A stretch of 63,304 nt of DNA, the filler included, from Saprolegnia diclina VS20 (taxonomy: Eukaryota): NCBI RefSeq assembly GCF_000281045.1. It is 7 parts of 3 records of this genome, joined end to end, with 100 filler letters (N's around TTAATTAATTAA, not from the genome) between each part and the next. Parts side by side here need not be neighbours in the genome. Positions count along the whole stretch, not along the records: positions 23,408 to 38,014 come from NW_008246109.1; positions 38,115 to 42,540 come from NW_008246109.1; positions 42,641 to 59,073 come from NW_008246110.1; 4 more parts are not named here. One strand, written 5' to 3'. The translations under genes and the position numbers were made by a program. Under the pieces are notes generated by a model, which did not search any database, was not told where the DNA came from, and saw only the letters and a list, made by a program, of their open reading frames with translations. Shown piece by piece: positions 35,059 through 47,197 of the stretch (its first letter is position 1; each line of letters begins with the position of its first letter).

Positions 35059-36007
35059 CGGCTTTTCGATCGTATGCGATTGAAGAACATGTGCCGTTTC
35101 ATCTGAAAGATCGCATTTTCTCGTTACAAGAACACTCATCCGGATACATTCGGATACGGATACCCACGGATACCCTGGTACAAGCTCAACTCATCCACAG
35201 CAACCCAGCTTGGCAGCAATCTGCTCTGGGTGAGAAGAGCATGCAGGAAGCGACTTTGGTTTTTGCATATACCGGCAAGTCGATAAGACCCTTGAAGGTG
35301 ACGGCAACGCGAGCTCATCGACGTCTGTGGCTAAAGCCAGGATTGGTTTTGCCAAGAAAATACATAAACTAAATCGATGCAAAAACAGTCCGAGTTTACT
35401 CGTGGCTTGACTGCACCTCGCTGCTCGGTAGCTCCAAGAGAGCCGTATCGAAAGCTCCATTTTTCAAGTGAGAGAAGCGCGTGATCTCGGAACACTCGTA
35501 CAACGCACGAAAATTATCTATTTGTTTTGAAAGATCCAATCCAGATCTACCGGATCTTGAATGTTCCGCAGCCAAAAATGCACCAATCAAATGGCTTCAA
35601 ATTACCTCGTGATCACCGCCTTGATCCACCATGTCCAGAACCGATGGACACCTTGTCATCGCTGCCATCACGTGACTAAGGAAGGTTGAAGTCGTCCGAT
35701 AACGCTAGCGATGGTATATAAGCTCCATTCAACCTTCTATGGGCGGCGAGCAGCCAGTAGTGCGGTTCGCTACGTGGCGTGTGGGCACTGAACAGCAAGG
35801 CAGCGTCTCGTAGAGGCGAGTCGGAGGTACCATTGCGACACGACAACTAGCGACAGCTTCAGCGACGGGGTGACTAGTGGTGTGCAGATGGGGACCCAAA
35901 TAAAGTCAAATTGTCAAAGCGCCGACCACCTGTGCACTGCTTCTATATCCATCCGTCGAATTCCAAGCAACGTGACGACTTGTTGGGCACTCACTTTATC
36001 TTTTCCC

Positions 36008-38014
36008 ATGGTCACAACCAACAAACTCGTCTTCGGCGTCGCCAGTCTCGTCTCGACGGCGCTCGCGGCCTGCGACTCGGCCGCGTTTCCCAATGCCCCG
36101 TCGGTCGCCCTCGGCCCCGACATGTCGGTGCGCAGCCTCGTCCAAGGCGCCAACGTTTGCTTTCAGGTCACGGCCGCCGTCGCCAACGCGCGATGGGTGT
36201 CGATTGGTCTCGCGTCCTCCTCGCGCATGGTGAGCAGCCCCGTCTCGAACGCCGTTGTTATGGAGATCGGGTCCGGCGCGCCCACCGTCCGGCTCTACGA
36301 ACTGCGCGGGTACTCGGCCGCATCGATAGTCCTACAAGCCGACCAGTCGTCCCTCTCGGTCGTGCGCTCGGGTGTCACCAACGGTGTCGCCACGTTCACC
36401 TTTCAGCGGCCGCTAACGTCGCCGTCGGCACTCGATGTTGCCCTCGCTGACAACAGCGCAGCCAACCTCCTTTGGGCCCACGGCGCATCGGCGTTCCCGT
36501 CGTACCATGACGCTGCCGGTGCTACGCGAATCGTGCTCTCGTCGTCGACGGGCCCGGCCCAGGTGCTCGCAACCATGTCGACCGTCGTCACCTCGTATAC
36601 GGCCCAGATCGTCGCGGCGGGGTTCGCCACCATGGTCCTTCTTGGCCTCGTGGCGACGTACACTGGGGAGTGGCGCGCCATCAACCAAAAGACGCTCTGT
36701 GCACCGCCAACGTCGCGGCACCTCTTTGCCGGCCTCCAGCAGTCGCTCGCCGACCTCAAACTCGGTGAGCTCGTCGTTCTTGCTGTGTACGTGGCGACGC
36801 TGATCGCAGTGGGTCTCTCGGTGCGGGCACAGTTTGCGGACGCGTCGCTCGGCCGCGCGCTGGCGCTCATCTCGGGGCACTTGGCTCTGGTCGACATGAT
36901 GCTCTTGCTCTTGCCCGTCGCGCGCGGCAAGCACTGGGAGGTCGTCTTTGGCATCTCGCACGAGCGCATTCTCAAATTCCATCGGGCGCTCGGCCGCTCG
37001 TGCGTCGTCTACGCCACGCTGCACTTGGTCCTTACCGCCAACGCCAGTGGCGTCACCAACGCTAACGTGTACGGGACGCAGGGCGTGACGCCGCTCTACG
37101 GCTTCCTCGCCTTCCTCGCGTTCGCGTCCATGGGGCTCATCGCGTTCGAGCCGATCCGTCGGCGCTGGTACGAAGCCTTCCTCTACTTCCACCGTGTCGC
37201 GGCGCTTGCTGGCATCGTCTTGGCCATGCTGCACAGCACGGCGGTGGTCTATGGCATGATCTTCCCGCTTGTCATTTACGGCCTCAGCGCTCTCGGCCGT
37301 CTCCGTGCCTTCTTCAACCGGTTCGAGGCTACCGTCGACGTGAGCGCGCCCGACACGGTCACGCTTGTGTTGCCGTCGACGACAAAGACCAAGCACTGGG
37401 CGGCCTCGATGAACCCGTGCGCCTTCTTCTACGTCTGCGTCCCGTCCATCTCGGCCACCGAGTGGCATCCGTTCTCAGCAATCGTGTCGCCCGACCAAGA
37501 TTCGATCGGCTTCTGCATGAAGGCGCTCCAGAAAGGGTCGTTTGTCGACAAGGTGTGCCACGCCGCGGCCGATGCGACGACGCTGACCGTGCTTGTCGGT
37601 GGGCCGTACGGCAAGCCGGCCGTCGACCTCGACCGGTACGACCACGTGGTCATGGTCTGCGGCGGTATTGGTGTCACGCCGATGCTGAGCGTGATGAACC
37701 AGTGCCGCGACAAGTGGGGTGAGACGCACCGCGCCAACTTGGAAATGCACTGGGTCGTACGCGCGCCGGCGGATCTCTTGAGCGCCGACCGCCTCATGTT
37801 CCCGCTGCCGCATGATATTGTGTGCAAGCTCTACAGCACGGCGGCCGACGAGTCCAGCAGCCTCCTCAGCAGCACGGGCGAGACCGTACACTACGTCCGT
37901 GGCAAGCCGATTCTGGACGAGGTCATCAACCACGAGCGGTTCCTGGGGAAGAAGGTGTGCGTACTCGCGTGCGGCCCACCGGGTCTCGTGGCCGACGTCC
38001 AGCGCCACGCGCGG
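36008..38014 (+). CDS. DOMON-domain ferric reductase, copy 2 (last few codons lost in the scaffold join)
   Basis: Same architecture and motifs as 1883-3922; start MVTTNKLVFG, preceded by an INR-like TCACTTT. Confidence 0.9.
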
Positions 38015-39604
38015 NNNNNNNNNNNNNNNNNNNNNNNNNNNNNNNNNNNNNNNNNNNNTTAATTAATTAANNNNNNNNNNNNNNNNNNNNNNNNNNNNNN
38101 NNNNNNNNNNNNNNTCTTCAACAGGTCCCTTGCAGGCGGGCTTGCGGGTGAGCTGGTAGGAACTTTTGTATTGAATGCGAAGCGGTAGTTAACGGTATTC
38201 GCGGTGCGTTGGCCTGGACAAAAGTCTGCGCAGCGCAGCAAAGGTCGAGCGTTGACTTTTGTGTACCATCGCGCCGTCGGCGCTCGCTGCAGATTTCGCG
38301 CGCTTCTGAAATCGCACCTAATAGGAGCGTTGCGTGAATTTCGTTTAAGTACGATGGCGCACTTCAGCGCAATTGCTTACTTTAATCGAGTATAACGTCT
38401 GGGGATGTGACAGCACTTAACGTGAACTACAAAATCGCACTTTAAAGGACACGTTTTTCGCGATGCGATTGGTCAAAACGGTTTTAATTATAGCCAATGG
38501 GTTGGCCGGACCAACTTCAACGAACGCTTGGCAAAAAGAAGATGGCGGGTCAAGGGAGACGAGCTGCATGAGCATGGCATCAATGGCATGCGTTCGTCCT
38601 GTACGAGCGACGGCCATGCAGCAGTCCCGAGATGGACGAGCTCGGGACCTCTTCGATGCAGCGCTTGGCTTCCTTGTCTTGGCCACGGACAAAACGCCGG
38701 CCGACCGCGTGCTTGATGACCAAGACCGCCAGTCAAACCGGCACGGGCGCGGTGTGGTGTGGTACGGCCGCGACGATGGTCGTACGTTCTGCACACAGAT
38801 GCAGCGTCGGCGCCGTGATATGTGAAGCGCAAGTCCGAGAAGCGACCGGGCCACCTTGGCAATATGCCCTTGGTCGTAATCACGCATGAATGGTACTTGG
38901 TGGTCACCTTGATACGGTTCTTCAACACAGTAAGAAGAAGCATTAGCAGCAGGACAACGACGCGGCAAGAATGACTGGCGAGTAAAGGCACGAGCGACAC
39001 AAGGGTGGAGCCTGGCTTCCACGCGCTCAAGCACCAAGTAGCCTCGTACGTCGGTCTCCATCGCTGTTTGTCGTCCTGTTGCACTTTGCCAGCGCCATCC
39101 CGTGCTGCCCGACTGTCGAGCGCCAGNNNNNNNNNNNNNNNNNNNNNNNNNNNNNNNNNNNNNNNNNNNNNNNNNNNNNNNNNNNNNNNNNNNNNNNNNN
39201 NNNNNNNNNNNNNNNNNNNNNNNNNNNNNNNNNNNNNNNNNNNNNNNNNNNNNNNNNNNNNNNNNNNNNNNNNNNNNNNNNNNNNNNNNNNNNNNNNNNN
39301 NNNNNNNNNNNNNNNNNNNNNNNNNNNNNNNNNNNNNNNNNNNNNNNNNNNNNNNNNNNNNNNNNNNNNNNNNNNNNNNNNNNNNNNNNNNNNNNNNNNN
39401 NNNNNNNNNNNNNNNNNNNNNNNNNNNNNNNNNNNNNNNNNNNNNNNNNNNNNNNNNNNNNNNNNNNNNNNNNNNNNNNNNNNNNNNNNNNNNNNNNNNN
39501 NNNNNNNNNNNCGAGCTGCAGGTCCGAGTGCATGCAGCTGAACGAGGCTAGCTCCAATCTTTGAGTTACCATTGTCTTATTATCGCTGATGCACATGCAG
39601 GGGC

Positions 39605-41412
39605 TTAGACGGGCGGAGCAAAAGCACCGCCAAAAAGGTGGCGACGCACGATGCGCAGACGATGCTGAGCCGCAAGGGCGTTGGCTTCGGCGTCGAGCTC
39701 GTCGGGCCACTTGACGTCCAGCTTCACGTTCGCGCACGTCGCCAGCACCGGGAAGAGCACCGCGAGGGCATCGAGCGAGTCGATGAAAATGCGGATCTTG
39801 AGAGGGCACTCGTGGTGGCGACGGCACTTGAGCGCGTAGGCCAACAATTCGGCGTCGGTTTTGTTGACGGGGGGCATGCTGTGTTTAGTCTCCCAGTGCG
39901 CGTCAAACGAAAAGGACTCGAGGCGACGCTGCACGAGCTGCGGCAGAATGCTTCCGAGGGCGTCGAGAGTGACGCCGAAGGCACCGTGAAGATGCAGCTT
40001 CTTCAAGACGCGTGAGGTCCGGAGCCACTTGGCAAGCTTCCGCATCACTTTCGTGCTGTCGACGCCGCACTGCAGTGTGACCAAATGACGGCAGGTGCCA
40101 TCGCCAAAGCTGGTCGGGAGCAATCCTAAGAGCGAAAAATGCTCGAGAGCCGAGAAGGCGGCCACGCCGCTGATACAATGGCTTCCACGCTGAGCGACGT
40201 GAGCTTGCGGCAGTTGAGTCTTTTGAGGACATCGTCGTCTCCGAACTGCACGTACATGCCAAAGTCCGTCAGGTGCAAAGAATACCGAGTCAGCTCACCC
40301 ATGAACTTGCCGCGGTCGCTGTCTACGTCGACATGGAGCGACGTGAGCCCACGCGACGTGGCGATGGCGTATGCCAAGCGGTCTTCGTCGCGCACAGAAC
40401 GGCAGGTGAACCGGAGCGCCTTGGCGTACGGCTTTTGAAGCCACGCGACGATAGGAGAGGCGTCCAACCTACCGTAGGAGTGCACTTCAAGCGAGTGGAG
40501 GCGACCGTGTGCTGGCGTCGTCACAGCATCAATGCACGCGCTCAGCTTGTTAGGGCAATCCTCGCAAATAAAGGAAGCGCTTCGAATGTTGACGCAGCGT
40601 GCGAGGGCGTCAAAGACCGCCGTCTCTGTCGGCAGGTAGCGACAGATGATAAATTGGACGGCCTCGACCTTGTCGCCATACGCGTTGACGATGTCCAAAA
40701 GCGCCGTGTGTGGCACTTCGTTGGTCCAAAACAGCTCGATGTGCGGCACGGGCCGCAGCGCGTCAATGACCTCGCGCAGCGTCACTGCAAGCCGGACTTC
40801 CGCATTCCACGCCTCGTCGACGAACAACCAGATCAAGGGAAAGGCTGGAAGCGCTGCCAGAGCGAGACGCAAGTGCGTATCTGGGATTTGGAACAGACGG
40901 AGGGCCGGCCAGTGGTGGTGCAAGTCGAAGTCATCACGAAGCATCATGAAGCTTGCAAACGCCGGTGGCAGGGGAACCATCGGCACAGCTTCGATGAACG
41001 CATCGACATCCTTCCATGCGACGATCGAGAGGATGTGTTGGAAGATAATCTCGGGCGGGAGGCTAAGCACATACGGGCGGGCAACGTCCACACGGCGCAC
41101 CTTCAAGGCGGGCTCCTTCTCGTCCGAGTCGTCCGCAGCGCTGGCCAAGGTACCCGTCGAGACGACATGTTGCACTTTGTGAGCGTCAGCCATGCGCGCA
41201 GCGGTCGTCGCAAGTTCCTTCACGACTGCCGTCTCGTGATCTTGCAGAGCCGCAGCGTCGGTGCCTTGAAGGTCGTCGATCGCGGCCTGGACGGCGGGCG
41301 CCGCGGCGCCGAGCTCGTCGATCGTAGAGGCCACACTTGGAAGCTGGCGCTCGGCGCCGCCAAACATCGCGTTGTCGGCCGCGGTGGCCGCCTTGGCATC
41401 TTGCTTGGTCAT
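39605..41412 (-). pseudogene. F-box-like/LRR (RNI-like) family gene with a frameshift near 40175
   Basis: LSLPPEIIFQHILS F-box-like motif and LxxLxL repeats; coding continues in another frame (ORF 39605-40165) with no suitable intron. A sequencing error is possible. Confidence 0.55.
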
Positions 41413-41480
41413 TCTCGTCTTCTCTTGGTCCGGCCAAATGAAAAATGAATGAGTCGGCTCGGTATCTCGACGTGACGATG

Positions 41481-41517
41481 ATTGGCTTATTTATTGGACA
41501 TGTGTCGCTATGATTGG
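41481..41517. promoter_or_regulatory. Three CCAAT boxes (ATTGG) in a short divergent intergenic region
   Basis: ATTGG at 41481, 41493 and 41513, between head-to-head starts at 41412 and 41580. Confidence 0.55.
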
Positions 41518-41579
41518 TTAAAATACAACCCCACGATCGCATCGGCAAGAGGCGAGCGAGCGACAGAAGCTGGACGGCC

Positions 41580-42540
41580 ATGGGCCACGACGCGCTGACG
41601 ATGACGACGACGCCGCCTGGAGCGACTGCGCCGAGCTCCATGCTGAGGTCGATCAGGTCCACCCCGACGAGGTCCGCCTACCACTGCCATGCGACGCTGA
41701 TCGTGCGCCTCACGACCACAGAGACGGTCCAGATCTCGCTGGCGACGCCACTCGCCGTCGTCGCCGCGGCCGACTACGTGCTCCGGCCCTTGGACGGCGC
41801 GTGCGCACGACAGCTGCCAGTGCAAGACGTGGCCAAGGCCGCGGCCACCGTCTCGAAGGCGTATCGCGCACTCGCCGGCGGCTCCGGGTGGGCCCAACAC
41901 GCAGCGTCTCTGGTGGCCACGGTCGCCGACTACCCAGTGCTCTGCCCGCAACAACTTTTGTCGCAAGTGAACGCGACGCTCGTCATGCTCTACGACGTCA
42001 CGAGCTGCACGTTTGTCATGCTCTCGACGCGGGACGCGCTCTCGCAACTCGGGATGCACGCTGCTCCAGTGCCCGCTCAACACGCCACCGTGGTTGAGGC
42101 CACCGTGGTCGACGCGGACGACGGCCACCGCGTCGGGCAAAGCGACGCGCAACCGTTCACCCCGTCAGCGCACGAGCGGTCGGTGGCCATCGCCTTGTTT
42201 CTCCCGGTGTACTGCTCGACAAGCCCGCAGTCGTTGCTGGAGATGATCCAGAACGACGTGACGACCGGCTTCTTGGCGCACCCGTCCGTTCTCCGCGGCC
42301 TCTACAGCTGGGCGTTTGGCCAAGGCTTGCAGCTGGCCCATTTCGCCGACACGTCGCCTGCACAGCGCACCATGTTTGACGTCCCGCCGATGCGTACGCT
42401 GGAGGACCTTCAGAGCGCCGTCAAGGGTCTCAAACGTGTTCTCGCCAAGTTTGGCGCTGTCGAGATGGTCGAGCTCGTCTCCCGCGTCCACGACTTTCTC
42501 TGCTCGCTGATGGGCGACGACCCGAGCGCGGTTGCTGCGC
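41580..42540 (+). CDS. Hypothetical protein, 3' truncated by a join; resembles ORF1/Gag-like proteins of oomycete tyrosine-recombinase retroelements
   Basis: Long ORF containing FTPSAHERSV..SPQSLLEMIQ..FLAHPSVLRGLYSWAFG.GLQLAHF; the family resemblance is from recall only. Confidence 0.55.
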
Positions 42541-43081
42541 NNNNNNNNNNNNNNNNNNNNNNNNNNNNNNNNNNNNNNNNNNNNTTAATTAATTAANNNN
42601 NNNNNNNNNNNNNNNNNNNNNNNNNNNNNNNNNNNNNNNNAGCCGAAAAAGAAGAGAGAGGGAAAAGATCCTGGATCCTATTTTATCATCGTTTTATTCC
42701 GGTGCAGTGTGCGAAGCGGCAAGGGGCAATGCATGGATCAAGAGCTGATGACGCAATCTTACCATTGGCCTCCAAAAGTGGAGGCGCCCAATCACCTCCC
42801 TGAATTCTAGGTGCCGCCCAATGAAACTGCAGCGGCACCTTCAATTGTACGTGCGTTCATTGGACAAAAAGAGTGAAATACGTCCCAAGCAGCCAATCGG
42901 CAGCGTAGCTAGCGAGTAGGAACTTGGGCCAAACAACTTGGTTTCAGTATGGTGAGGGTCCAACCACACAACCGCCGTGTCATTCTAATTTGTGCTCCCA
43001 ACCGTCGCGATGCCAAGCGCGACGAGCACGGCGCTGTCCCCACCAACAACGACGTGAGCAGACGCGTACGTCCCTCGCTCA

Positions 43082-43168
43082 CGCCTCGCCCTCCACGCGC
43101 TCGCCTCAACCAATGCGCTCTCGCCTCGCCCTCCACGCGCTCGCCTCAACCAATGCGCTCTCGCCTCG
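43082..43168. repeat. 40-bp tandem repeat (about 2.2 copies)
   Basis: CGCCTCGCCCTCCACGCGCTCGCCTCAACCAATGCGCTCT x2 plus a partial copy. Confidence 0.92.
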
Positions 43169-44237
43169 TCATGCCCACGCGCCCAGCTCGTCGAGCGCCT
43201 AGCTCGACACGCCCCACACGACTGCCTCGTCATCGGTCCGCGCGACTAGACCTCCTGGTCGTCGTCTCGTCGGCGGCGCGCCCGGCTCATCTTCCAGTCC
43301 GTTCAACTTTGTACCGCGACGGTGGCCCAAGACCTCGCCTGCTACACGTGCCTGCTTCAGGGCGGGTCGCTCCTCACCGCGACGGCTACTGCAGCAAGAC
43401 CGACGGCGGCAGGCGCAACTGCACAATATACGACACGCTCCTACGAGTGCGTTCTCTGTGTCGACTACACGAATTCATAGCTTCATACGCGCTTTACATT
43501 ACGCTTAACATGAAGTAACCCTTGTTGCTTCATCGCACAAACGCATAGTGGCCACACATGCACGCCTACATCGCATCGGTCGGCTCCAACATCGAGCAGC
43601 CAAACGAAGCAGCTCCGCAGTTGAGGCTGGAGCTCGGCCGCGTAGATAGCGGCGGCTGCAATCTCTCGTTGGCATTCGGCGCCCGCAATGCATCCGTCTG
43701 CGCAGTCCAGTGGTTTGTGCGCGGAGGGCTCGATTTGATACCCCGAGTAGGCCTTCCGTTGGCAACGGCTAGCTGCCTCTGCAGCAGCGGCACAGCGCCG
43801 ATCTCGCGGCCTGGAGCGCCCCGAGGCAATAGAATGCGAAACCCGACCCTTTGGCAATTGATCGGCGGGATCCGTATTTCTTTTCAAAGGTTATAAAGTT
43901 TCAATTAAGCAAATGGCTTTTGGCCCACTCGCCCATTCCAAGTGCACATCGCCGATTTGGGCGATTGCGTGGCGTGTTTTCCAGCATGTTATTTAATTCA
44001 TGTTACCTATTAGCTAAGACGCGTGTGATTCGCAGCACCGAAACAGCAGCTTGCGACTTGTCCACAAAAAGGGACCGTGACTAATGCGCCGGCTTCCAAT
44101 ACAAAGCTCGCTTTAAACGCGATCGGACCAGCCGGCCACGTGACACGCCACGCGCATTGCACTTGCAGTTTGTATGGACAGCCGCGCCGCTAGTCACGCC
44201 TTGAGGTGCCGGCTTCAATCGGCATTTTGCGAGGAGC

Positions 44238-44855
44238 ATGCCAACGACGACGCTGCTAGAGACCGGCGGGCTTGGCGCCAGCCTCACGCGCTTTGGGCCC
44301 TCGCGGCCCTTTGACGCGACCGAGCTTCACGCGCTCTCGGTGACTTTCTCGCACCAAACCGGCGCGCGCACGCTCCAGTATGTGCTGGGTGTCGCGGTCG
44401 GGCCCGACGGCCAAGTGCGCCGCCATTACACAGCAAAAACGTACGCCGAGCTGCGCGAGTTCCGGCGCAATCTGCTCCGCGTGCTCAAGACAAATGGGCT
44501 CTGTACGTGCCGCGGCGACCACTGCACGTTTGGTAGCCTCGCGACGAGCCACTTGATGAACCACCCGCTCTCGTCGTTTAGCCTCTTTGGCTTTCAATTG
44601 GCCGGCACGCTCGTCTCGCGTCTCAGCAACGTCAGCGCCTTCTTAGACGACCTCATGCGCGGTCTCCGCACGGTCGACGCCACCGCGTGGTCCAACGACT
44701 GCCTCTTCCTCCAAATGATCGCATCCTTCTTCGACACGGCGCGCGAACATGCCGGGCGCACCAAAATGGGCCTCCGCGAGCATCTGCACATGAACCTCAA
44801 GGGTTGGCACCACGACCGCATGAAGAACTACGGCATTGGCATTTCGTACGATTGA
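44238..44855 (+). CDS. PX-domain-like protein
   Basis: 205 aa; YVLGV..KTYAELREFRRNL..SRLSNVSAFLDDL..IASFF pattern typical of divergent oomycete PX folds. Confidence 0.6.
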   Translation: MPTTTLLETGGLGASLTRFGPSRPFDATELHALSVTFSHQTGARTLQYVLGVAVGPDGQVRRHYTAKTYAELREFRRNLLRVLKTNGLCTCRGDHCTFGSLATSHLMNHPLSSFSLFGFQLAGTLVSRLSNVSAFLDDLMRGLRTVDATAWSNDCLFLQMIASFFDTAREHAGRTKMGLREHLHMNLKGWHHDRMKNYGIGISYD

Positions 44856-45315
44856 TGAGCCCGATCGAAGGGCACAGTGAAGTACGGGCAGTAATTTATG
44901 GCATTGTGCCAGCACAGTAAATGTAATCACACGACGATCAACTACAACGAGACGCTAATGATCGCTTGCGAGAAGTTGCCAAGGCCAGCTCCATGGTGTG
45001 ATGGTTTGGTATTGTGACGAGTATGGTGCAGCCCGAGCTCGCATCCATGATCAGGAGCTGGTTTGAGGTTTCTATGCAGATTCGAACGAGAGATCGGTTC
45101 CCTTGTTTCCGTCGACTATGAGCGTTGGCGGTGCAAGCGTGACTCGTCGGTAGAGATGGACGCCTCTGCTTTCGACTGTCTGCACTCTGCGAATCCACGG
45201 GGACTCATCAAGCTCATCAAGATCAAGCATGGCCAGGCATACACACACTATACCAGTTGTAACACTATTCATATCAACGTGAATAGTATAATATATTAAA
45301 ATTCCCCGCGCGTCG

Positions 45316-45351
45316 TAAAATACCAACACTAAATAAAATACCAACACTAAA
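45316..45351. repeat. 18-bp AT-rich tandem duplication
   Basis: TAAAATACCAACACTAAA x2. Confidence 0.9.
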
Positions 45352-45478
45352 TATGCAATACAAATAGTCAGTATAAAGCGTCGAAATGACAATAATAATA
45401 CTCACCGAGCTCTTGTCCAATGAATTGAGCCCGATGCTTCGAGGTGCCATCAAGGGCAACAGAAAGATCAGCAGCAAG

Positions 45479-47126
45479 ATGCTTCGCCGGTCGACGACGA
45501 CGATGCTGCTACTGCCGCGCCGGGCCTTCTGGAGCTCGGCAAAGGAGGCGCTGGCGACAGGCAAGGAGACGCTAAGCATTCTTAGCCGTGCCGAAGAGAT
45601 CGGCGCCAAGACGTCGGCGCTCGCCAACGTGCAGCTCAACATGACGCACTTCCTGCCCGAGCTCCTTCGCCAACGCGTCTCGTCGCTGCTCAAGGAGCGC
45701 ACGCACGTGCAGCTTGTGCAGCTCAAAGAAACCATCACGCTCGGTAAGCAGGCGAAGCGCTTCCCGCGTGACGCCCACAACGAACAAGTCGGTTGGGAAA
45801 TGTCCAAGAAGCCCAAGATCCCGGCCTTTGCCTATGGTCCGCAAGAGACGCTCGCGTACATGGCCCACGAGATGGACGGCGTCTACTCGTCCGTGCACCA
45901 CGTCTTTCGGCAGATGGCCAAGCCGGCCGTGAGCTTCCGTGACGACGACAAGGACCAGGACAAGGACCAAGCCGCGTTTGCGCCCAAGAGCCTCTTGGAC
46001 TTTGGCGGCGGGCCAGGTACGGCGGCATGGGTCGCCAAGCAGTTTTACGGCGACTCGATCAACGAATACCGCATCATTGAGCCGAGCCAGAGCATGCTGG
46101 ATGCGGCGCAGGTGACGATGGAAGGCTTCCGCGGCCTCTCGTTCCGCAAGAGCCTCGGGGAAATGAAGCGCGAGATCGAGAAGGGCAAGACGTACGACCT
46201 CATTACGCTCAGCTTTGTGCTCAGCGACATCACCAACGACGTCGAGCGCATCGCGATCGTCTCGACCTTGTGGAGCCTGCTCGCGGATGGCGGCCGGCTC
46301 GTCATCGTCGACCGCGGTGCGTCATCATGCGTATACCAATGGAAGCATCTAAATACGACTCTAGGCAACTCGTGGGGCTCGCTTCAAGTGCGCTCGGCGC
46401 GGCAGTTTGTGCTCGACTCGCTTACGACCAACCAAGAAGAAGTGATTACGTCCGACGACGCGGTGCCGCACGTCGAAGGCGGTCGCATCCTCGGCCCGTG
46501 CCCGCACGCCAAAGAGGTAGTCAAATGCGATGACTCCTTATAGTGGACTACGCACGATGACATGTCGTGTGTGTCCTCTAGTGCCCGATGAAGGAAGGCG
46601 AGTGGTGCCATTTTGTACAGCGGACGCCGCAGGTGTCCCAGCCGCGCCTCCCGACGCCGCAGCGCTGGACCGGCTACCACAGCATGAAGTTTTCGTACGT
46701 CACGCTTGAAAAGAAGGCGGGCTACAGCTCGGCGGCCACCGAGGAAGAGACGCACGCGCGCTTGACACGGTAAGCGTGCGAGAACGATATGCGAGCGAAG
46801 TCTTAGCATCCGGTGCGTAGCGGTCCGCTGACGAGCACGCGCCAAGTGACCATCGACCTGTGCCATCCCAATGTACGCTTCATGGCTTGATGAAGGCAGT
46901 CCGAGAATGAGTTTGGTAGGGCTCGCTGGAGCGCCGCGCCGTGACCAAGGGCCGCGCCGTTCGAGAAGCCTACCGCGCCGCGCGCAAGTCGCACTGGGGC
47001 GGTCAGTGGCCCAAGGACAAGGAATCGTACGAGCTGCCCAAGGTGGTGTACCCGCCCAAGGTGCGCAAGCCGCGCCGCCTGCGCAAGGTGGCGACGCCAA
47101 CGGCCTCGAAGCCCAACACGTTGTAA
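45479..47126 (+). CDS. RSM22: Mitochondrial small-subunit assembly factor Rsm22/METTL17; introns 46317-46364, 46517-46581, 46770-46820, 46873-46919
   Basis: Arg/Ser presequence, LDFGGGPGTAAW, PCPH..CP..CHFVQR, KFSYV and DLC..G.LER..YRAARKSHWG. Confidence 0.92.
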
Positions 47127-47197
47127 CTCCAATAGACAGACCCTCATTTTGACCATTTGACCATCATTCCTTATTGCATTCACGACGGGCGGTGGCC

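Noticed and set aside
38417..39126. Overlapping ORFs of about 200 aa
   Set aside because: Inconsistent frames and no recognisable domain.
43082..43168. Direct repeats as a CRISPR-like array
   Set aside because: The repeats are adjacent with no spacers, there are no cas genes, and the context is eukaryotic.
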